Assembly (NCBI GenBank): GCA_039798785.1
Contig: JBDKFG010000084.1
Span: 1-18,149, forward strand
DNA: 18,149 bases
Source: Verrucomicrobiota bacterium
Lineage (GTDB): Bacteria; Verrucomicrobiota; Lentisphaeria; Lentisphaerales; Lentisphaeraceae
Direction: 5' to 3'
In this document: positions 8,655 to 15,500 of the stretch, piece by piece
Layout of the letters: every line of letters begins with the position of its first letter
Numbering within the stretch: the stretch's first letter is position 1
Made by a program: the position numbers and the translations under genes
The notes under the pieces: generated by a model
What the model was told of the DNA's origin: nothing
Seen by the model: only the letters and a program-made list of their open reading frames with translations
Databases searched by the model: none

Positions 8655-9607
8655 ATTCGCTCTTGCTTTTCATTCTCGGTCTCAGCGCCTTCGCCTGCTT
8701 GGCCTTGCTCATCCGCCGCAAACGCCAAGTGCTGGTCTGCCGCATCGTCGCCGGCCTCTGCGCCGTCGGTTTGTTGATCTCCATCCTCGACCAAGAAGAC
8801 ATGACGGCTCAAGCCCCTCCTCCCCTCGGCAACAGCTTCTCGATCATTGCCCCCGGCGGTCAAGGCGAATTCGACCGCCTCCAGATCGTCGTGCGCGACT
8901 GCTTCGGCCTGCTCGTCGCCGAGGAGATCGCGGTGGACGCGAAGACGCGGGAGGTGGAAGTGCCGCTGGGAGCGCTGGGGAAGGTGGGGATTAACCTTCG
9001 AATGAATGATTATAACTGCCTGATCGCCCCCTACCGACTGACACGTTTTCACAGCGTCCTCCGATCACAGTATCCTTGGCGAGGCCAAAGCCATGAGTGG
9101 TGCGCTCAAGGTGCAGTCGTCGGCAGCGATGACACCGCGAACGAAGTGCAGATCTACTGCAAGCCTTTTCACAGCCGCTCAATCACGGGAGCGACGAGTC
9201 GTCAAGAAATCATCACTTCACTGCCAGACATTCCGATTACCGTTGGAGGCAGCAGTATTTGGAACGAGATCAACGGATCGAATCGAAATCCTGCCTGGGT
9301 TCACCTTCCGGTCTGGCACATCGTCTTCGCATGCCTCTTCCTTTGTCTTTTACTGCCTTGGCGCTTCCCTGTCTGCTTCCCCACCTCACTGTTGTTGATC
9401 TTGTTCTGCCTGGTGATGCAAGAGAAAAAACAATTTGCCGAAGCCCTGCGAACACAATCCTCGGGACAGAATTCGGGCCAAGCCAGGCTTGATGCTCAAC
9501 GAGAACTCAACCTGTCGAGATTCCATGGCAGCGCCGTGAACGAAACCTCACAAATCCGATACCTCCTCCAGCACCAAGTCTATCTCGAATCCACCCACTG
9601 GAAGTAA
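8651..9607 (+). CDS. Hypothetical membrane protein B2 (2 TM, soluble domain, 2 TM)
   Basis: GTG start in a GTGA overlap with the A2 stop; 318 aa; paralogue of B1 (LLIRR, GLLVAEEI, LPWRFP). Confidence 0.78.
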   Translation: MNSLLLFILGLSAFACLALLIRRKRQVLVCRIVAGLCAVGLLISILDQEDMTAQAPPPLGNSFSIIAPGGQGEFDRLQIVVRDCFGLLVAEEIAVDAKTREVEVPLGALGKVGINLRMNDYNCLIAPYRLTRFHSVLRSQYPWRGQSHEWCAQGAVVGSDDTANEVQIYCKPFHSRSITGATSRQEIITSLPDIPITVGGSSIWNEINGSNRNPAWVHLPVWHIVFACLFLCLLLPWRFPVCFPTSLLLILFCLVMQEKKQFAEALRTQSSGQNSGQARLDAQRELNLSRFHGSAVNETSQIRYLLQHQVYLESTHWK

Positions 9608-9609
9608 AC

Positions 9610-9639
9610 CTCGACCAAGGATGGTCGAGCCACGAAGCT
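9610..9639 (-). repeat. REP-like hairpin (GTGG-tailed)
   Basis: CTCGACCA-AGGA-TGGTCGAGCCAC; 9610-9639 is a 28/30 reverse-complement match to 5992-6021. Confidence 0.75.
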
Positions 9640-9658
9640 CACCCGGCGGTTGAGCTCA

Positions 9659-9745
9659 CTTTGAACCTTAAACTTTGAACCTTAAACTTTGAACCTTAAA
9701 CTTTGAACCTTAAAACTTTGAACCTTAAACTTTAAACTTTAAACT
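9659..9745. repeat. Tandem repeat (CTTTGAACCTTAAA)x5 + (CTTTAAA)x2
   Basis: Directly visible 14-bp unit built from two heptamers; the fourth unit has one extra A. Confidence 0.95.
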
Positions 9746-9754
9746 CGAGCCCCC

Positions 9755-11182
9755 ATGCTCCACCACCTCTTCAAAAACGCAGCTCCCGGCTCGAACGCCG
9801 CGATTTGGCGCGGGCTGTTCTACAAGGAATGGCTTCATAGCAAACCCGTTTACTGGATCCCGCTGATCCTGTGGGCGGTGACGGCATTCTTCTGGACGGA
9901 AGCAGCCAATCCCAACCATTCCTTCCTCGTGTGGATATGGTTGATGGTCATGACCTATGCACACAGTCGAGAAGATGAAAACACACAGGAATTCTCCTTG
10001 ATCCTCCCTGTCTCCGCCTGCAAACAAATGCTTGCTAGGACGATCTATCACTCTGGCCCCCTCTTCGCGACTCTCGCAATTATGATCTTCACCTATTACC
10101 TAGATGCTGGACACGGGGTTCTCGCTTGGATTTCCAACGACACTCGCACTTGGAATCCGCAACCATTTGAGATACAGCATCTACCTCAACTCATCACTCC
10201 ATTCTTCCTCTTCTCGCTCTATTCTTTTACACACGCTTCACATGAAGAAAGCAAGATCGATATCGCTCTAATCTTAGGAACACTGTGGTTTTCGGATTTA
10301 CTCGGCAAGGCGTTGGGATTCACTCCGGAGCTATTCAAAGCCAGCATGATGTTCATGGTCATTTTTTACATCTACGCAATCCGAATTTGGACATCCCGTC
10401 ACGCCTTGCTTCAAGTCAATGATCGCCCCACGAAATTCTATTCCCTGAAGACCCTCAACATTGATGAATCGAGGCGTCAATTTTTTGTCAATCTGGTGCT
10501 CAAGATGCGAAGCTGGGAGCCGCGCCGAGCCTTGATCCGCAAGTGGGGTTTGCGCGAGCCGCAATCCGAAGGCTCCTCTCGATCAACTTTGTGGCGCGGC
10601 TTGATCTTGCGCGAAAGCGAAATCTCGCCTCCCTGGCTGACCTGGCTCGGATTGATCTGGATCGTGATCCTTTTCAAGGAGCCGATGGCCCATAACCCCG
10701 GCCTTCTCTTCACTGCGTTGTTTGGCTTGATCATTCTTTTTTCCGTCACATCGAAAGTCGATTCAAGCGAGGAATTCATGCTCTGCCAAGCACCGACTTG
10801 GCGCAAGCAAATGCAAGCCCAAATCTTGATCAACCTGATCCCATTCGCCATGTTCGGCGGATTGGCGACAATGGCACATGTCCTCTTCTATCCGGCAAAG
10901 ACCTTGAGTGCCGCCTATTTCCTGCCATGTTTGCTGTGTTACATGTCCTCTGGCAGACAGTTCTGCTTCTGGAATGCCTCTTCCATACTGACGTCTCTCG
11001 GCTATGTCTTGCTTTTCATTTCGATCTCACTTGGCGTCTCAACCGTTGGTATGATTCCCTGGCTCCCCGGCATGTTCATCCTGGGCCTGACTCAAGCGTG
11101 CCTTTACTGGAGTTTGATCAGGCAGATCAGTCGTTATCAATACAATCTCCCGCCGATGAAAACACCAAACTACAAACACTAG
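9755..11182 (+). CDS. Putative ABC permease made of two fused A-type units
   Basis: 475 aa with an internal duplication: GSNAAIWRGLFYKE...ENTQEFSLILPVSACKQM versus GSSRSTLWRGLILRE...DSSEEFMLCQAPTWRKQM. Many hydrophobic segments. Confidence 0.8.
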   Translation: MLHHLFKNAAPGSNAAIWRGLFYKEWLHSKPVYWIPLILWAVTAFFWTEAANPNHSFLVWIWLMVMTYAHSREDENTQEFSLILPVSACKQMLARTIYHSGPLFATLAIMIFTYYLDAGHGVLAWISNDTRTWNPQPFEIQHLPQLITPFFLFSLYSFTHASHEESKIDIALILGTLWFSDLLGKALGFTPELFKASMMFMVIFYIYAIRIWTSRHALLQVNDRPTKFYSLKTLNIDESRRQFFVNLVLKMRSWEPRRALIRKWGLREPQSEGSSRSTLWRGLILRESEISPPWLTWLGLIWIVILFKEPMAHNPGLLFTALFGLIILFSVTSKVDSSEEFMLCQAPTWRKQMQAQILINLIPFAMFGGLATMAHVLFYPAKTLSAAYFLPCLLCYMSSGRQFCFWNASSILTSLGYVLLFISISLGVSTVGMIPWLPGMFILGLTQACLYWSLIRQISRYQYNLPPMKTPNYKH

Positions 11183-11194
11183 CTTCGAACTACA

Positions 11195-11290
11195 CCCGGC
11201 GGGACGCCGGGGCTCCCAGGTGAACGTCGCCACGTCCACACTCTCGATCGGGACGATCGAGCCACATCCTGAAACTTGAAACCTGAAACT
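11195..11290. repeat. Two REP-like hairpins plus a heptamer repeat
   Basis: CCCGGCGGGACGCCGGGGCTCCCAGG (11195-11220), CTCGATCG-GGA-CGATCGAGCCAC (11243-11265) and (TGAAACY)x3 (11270-11290). Confidence 0.72.
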
Positions 11291-11306
11291 CCAAAGGAAT
11301 CCTGCC

Positions 11307-12203
<897 letters not shown>

Positions 12204-12223
12204 GCCTCCTGTCCCACGCCTCT

Positions 12224-12243
12224 TCGCCCCGCTTCGGGGGCGA
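12224..12243 (+). terminator. GC hairpin downstream of the operon (possible 3'-end structure)
   Basis: TCGCCCC-gcttcg-GGGGCGA, 20 nt after the ATPase stop. No U tract, so weak as an intrinsic terminator. Confidence 0.3.
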
Positions 12244-12282
12244 GCAGCATTGAGAGCACAAAAACCCAGCGTCATTCTGAAC

Positions 12283-12384
12283 ACCCCTGCGGGGTTCGAT
12301 TCGAACGAGACCTCTTTTGACCCAAGGTTTGCCCTCGTCCCTCGGGCTACACCCTGGGCTTTCTGCCGGCTGCCCCTCCGGGGC
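12283..12384. repeat. Tripartite palindromic interspersed element
   Basis: ACCCC-tgc-GGGGT, then CCCAAGG...GCCC..GGGC...CCCTGGGCT, then GCCCC-tcc-GGGGC. Confidence 0.6.
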
Positions 12385-12460
12385 AAAATCCCTCCGCGCA
12401 GGACGCCAAAACGAGCGTCCTTGGAACTTGCACAGGTCCGGTGTTTTTGCTCCTCCCCAA

Positions 12461-12570
12461 CGTGTCCCGACTGTGTCCCAACTGTGTCCCAACTGTGTCC
12501 CGACTGTGTCCCGACTGTGTCCCAACTGTGTCCCAACTGTGTCCCAACTGTGTCCCAGTCGTGTCCCAGT
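12461..12570. repeat. Tandem array of 10 x 11 bp (YGTGTCCCRRY)
   Basis: Ten contiguous units (TGTGTCCCAAC, TGTGTCCCGAC, YGTGTCCCAGT) with no spacers. Confidence 0.97.
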
Positions 12571-12577
12571 TAGCTTG

Positions 12578-15500
12578 TCACACCAGCAGCACGCCCTGCT
12601 GGACCAGGAGGTCGGCAGTGGTATCGATGCTGCTGTGCCAGAGGTCGTAGGTGACGGAGCTGACGGTGTAGGCGCTGCCCTTGGCGTAGCCGGAGCTTTC
12701 GAGGTCGAGGTCGACCTTGTCGGCCGCGGTGCCGGTGACGCGGAGGGCGGAGCTGCCGGTAGCGCCGGCGGCAAGCTCAAGGATGTCGGCGGCACTGAGG
12801 CGCAGGACTTGGGCGCTGGTATCGGTGGCGAGGTCGATCAGTTCGAGGCCGGTGACGGCGTTGGTCGAGATTTCGGTGAAATCGAGGCGTGCGCCGAGGT
12901 AACGGAGCGTGTCGGTGTTGGCACCGCCGCTGATCGAGCTGAAATCGGAGGCTGCGACGATGAAGGTGTCGTTGCCGTTGCCGCCATTGAGAATGTCGGC
13001 GCCACCGCCGGCGGTGAGGGTATCGTTGCCATCGTTGCCATTAAGGGTGTTGGCGACCTCGTTGCCGACGATGATGTCGTCGTAGGAGCCACCGTTGCAG
13101 TTCTCGATGGTGACGGCGTAGGGGATGGACAGGTTGTTGGTGCCTGAGCCGCTGTACAGATCACTGAAGTGACCTGCGCGCAGGTCGACGCTGAGGGCGT
13201 AGGTGGCGGCCGAGAAGTCGAAGATGTCGGAACCGCCGGCATCCCAGGGACTCACGATCTTGGCATCGAACTGGGAGAATGTGTAGGTGGTGTTGCCGCT
13301 ATTGGTGCCGGCATTGGCTCCATAATTCTTCTGGAGGGTCGAGATATCATGGATGAGGTAGGTCTGGGCATAGGTAGCCCAGATGCTCGGATGGCCGTTG
13401 TAGGACATGACGGTGTTGGAACGGTCGGCGCCGGGCCACTCACCGCCGCCCGAATCGACCGCGGGATCGGGGACATAGGTGGCGCCATCATCATAGGGGT
13501 GGCTGAGTCCGAGGGCGTGGCCGAGTTCATGGAGGAAGGTTTTGTAGACATAAGTGCCGAGGGCGACGGACTGGTTGACTTCTGCGCTGTTGAACCAGAA
13601 ATCGCCCCCGGTATTGTTGGCGCCGTCGTTCCAGGCGGGGAAGTAGGCGAAGGCGTAGGCGCCGCCGCTCTGGGTGCAGGAGCCGAAGGTCAGCTGCGAG
13701 GCTGAGCCGTTGGTGTCGCCGGTGTTTTCTGTGAATGTGAGGTTGGTGACGGAGGCGATATAGGCAAGGGCATCCCTGGCTGCAGTTTTCTGAGCTTCTG
13801 TGAAAGCCAGGAATCCGGTGCGCTCGGCAGCTCCGGCGCCGTAATAGGAGGGGACGGATGTGAGGAAGCAGTAGCTCAGGCTCATGTCTCCCCATTTGTC
13901 GCCGTTAAGCATGGCGTCGTCGTAGACCGCGACCTGGGCGCTGGCCTTGGCGCCTTGTGGATCGGTGACGGTGAAGATGACGGTGTCGGTGGCGACGCCG
14001 GTGTTCAATCCGGGCGCTCGGTAGAGAGTGATCGTCCCTGCGGCGAGGTCGGCCTGGGTGAAGCTGGTGACGGTGACATTGCTCTTCTGGACGACGACGT
14101 TGGAGTCGAGGCCGGACCAGGTGTAGGTGAGGTTTGCGGCGCTGTGTTCGCTGTCGACGTCGCTGGCGTTGAGCAGGGAGGTGCTGAGGGTCACTTTGTG
14201 GGTCGTGGCGTCGAGGATGAGCGGCTTGGCTGTGAGGATGACGGGCGAGTCGTTGGTGGCGGTGAAGCTGATCGTGGCGTTCTGGGTGACGGCGTTGACG
14301 AAGCCGTCGTTGGCGGTGATCGAATAGGTCGGGGCGGAGTTGGTGCCATCGTGGACGATGCGGATGATGCCGTCGAGGACATCCTGTTTGGAGAAGCTGC
14401 TGACGTTGCCCCAGGTGCCGATGAGCTTCTGGAAGTTGGCGTGAGTGAGGTTGCTGACAGTGTAGGTGAGCTGGGTGGTGCTGGCGCCGTCGTCGGTGGC
14501 GTTGATCAGGCTGGTGGTGACGATCTGGGCTTCGCGCTCCTCGATCACCAGGCTGCCGAGGGTGAGGGTGGGCGGCGTGTTGGTGGCGCTGAAGTTGATC
14601 GTGCCGGCAGCGACGGAGGTGCTGAGATTGCCGTCGCTGACGCTGATCGAGTAGGTGGGTGCGGTGGACGAGTTGTCGTGGACGAAGCGGACCTTGAGAG
14701 CGTTGACATCCGCCTGGGTGAAGCTGCTGGAGCTGGCCCAGGAGCTGCCGTTGTACTTCTCGAAGCTGCCGTGCGTGAGGTTGCTGACAGTGTAGGTGAG
14801 CTGGGCGGCGCTGTTGTCCTCGTCGCTGGCCGAGAGCATGCTGCCGTCGAGGATGGCGGTGAGGCCTTTGGTGACGTTGAAGCCGTTGGTGACGATCACC
14901 GGGGCGTCGTTGACCGGGGTCAGGGTGATGCTGGCGGCGATCGGGGTGGAGCTGGAGTTGCCGTCGTTGGCGCTGATGTCGAAAACGGGGGTGGTGGAGC
15001 TGCCGTCCTGGACGAAGCGGACGTTGCCGGCCGCGATGTCGGCCCGGGTGAAGCTGGTGGCGTTGGCCCAGGAGCCGCTGAGCTTCTGGAAGCTGCCGCC
15101 GGCGAGATTCGAGACGGTGAAGCTGATCGCCGTGGTTCCTTCGTCGTCGACCGCTTCGATCATGCCGGCGGTGATGGCGAGGGTGGCGCCTTCGCTGATG
15201 GTGAAGCTTGAAGCGGTGATCACAGGAGCGTCGTTGAGGACGTTGAAGGTGATGCTGGCGGCGCTAGTCGCTGAGCTGCGGACGCCGTCGGAGACGGAGA
15301 TGGAGAAGGTCGGAGCGGTGTTGCTGCCGTCATGGACGAAGCTGACGGTGCCGGCATTGATGTCGGCGAGGGTGAAGCTGGTGACGGTGAGGCCGGACTT
15401 CTTGAAGACGCCGTTGCTGAGGTTGGAGACGGTGAAGGTGATCGAGCTGTCGGCGACGCCATCCTTGTCGGTGGCGTTGATGACCGAGCTGCTGATGGCC

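Noticed and set aside
5987..11306. Classical integron cassette array
   Set aside because: The junction hairpins lack attC R/L box structure and no tyrosine recombinase is visible.
12461..12570. CRISPR array
   Set aside because: The units are contiguous 11-mers with no unique spacers, and there are no cas genes in the window.
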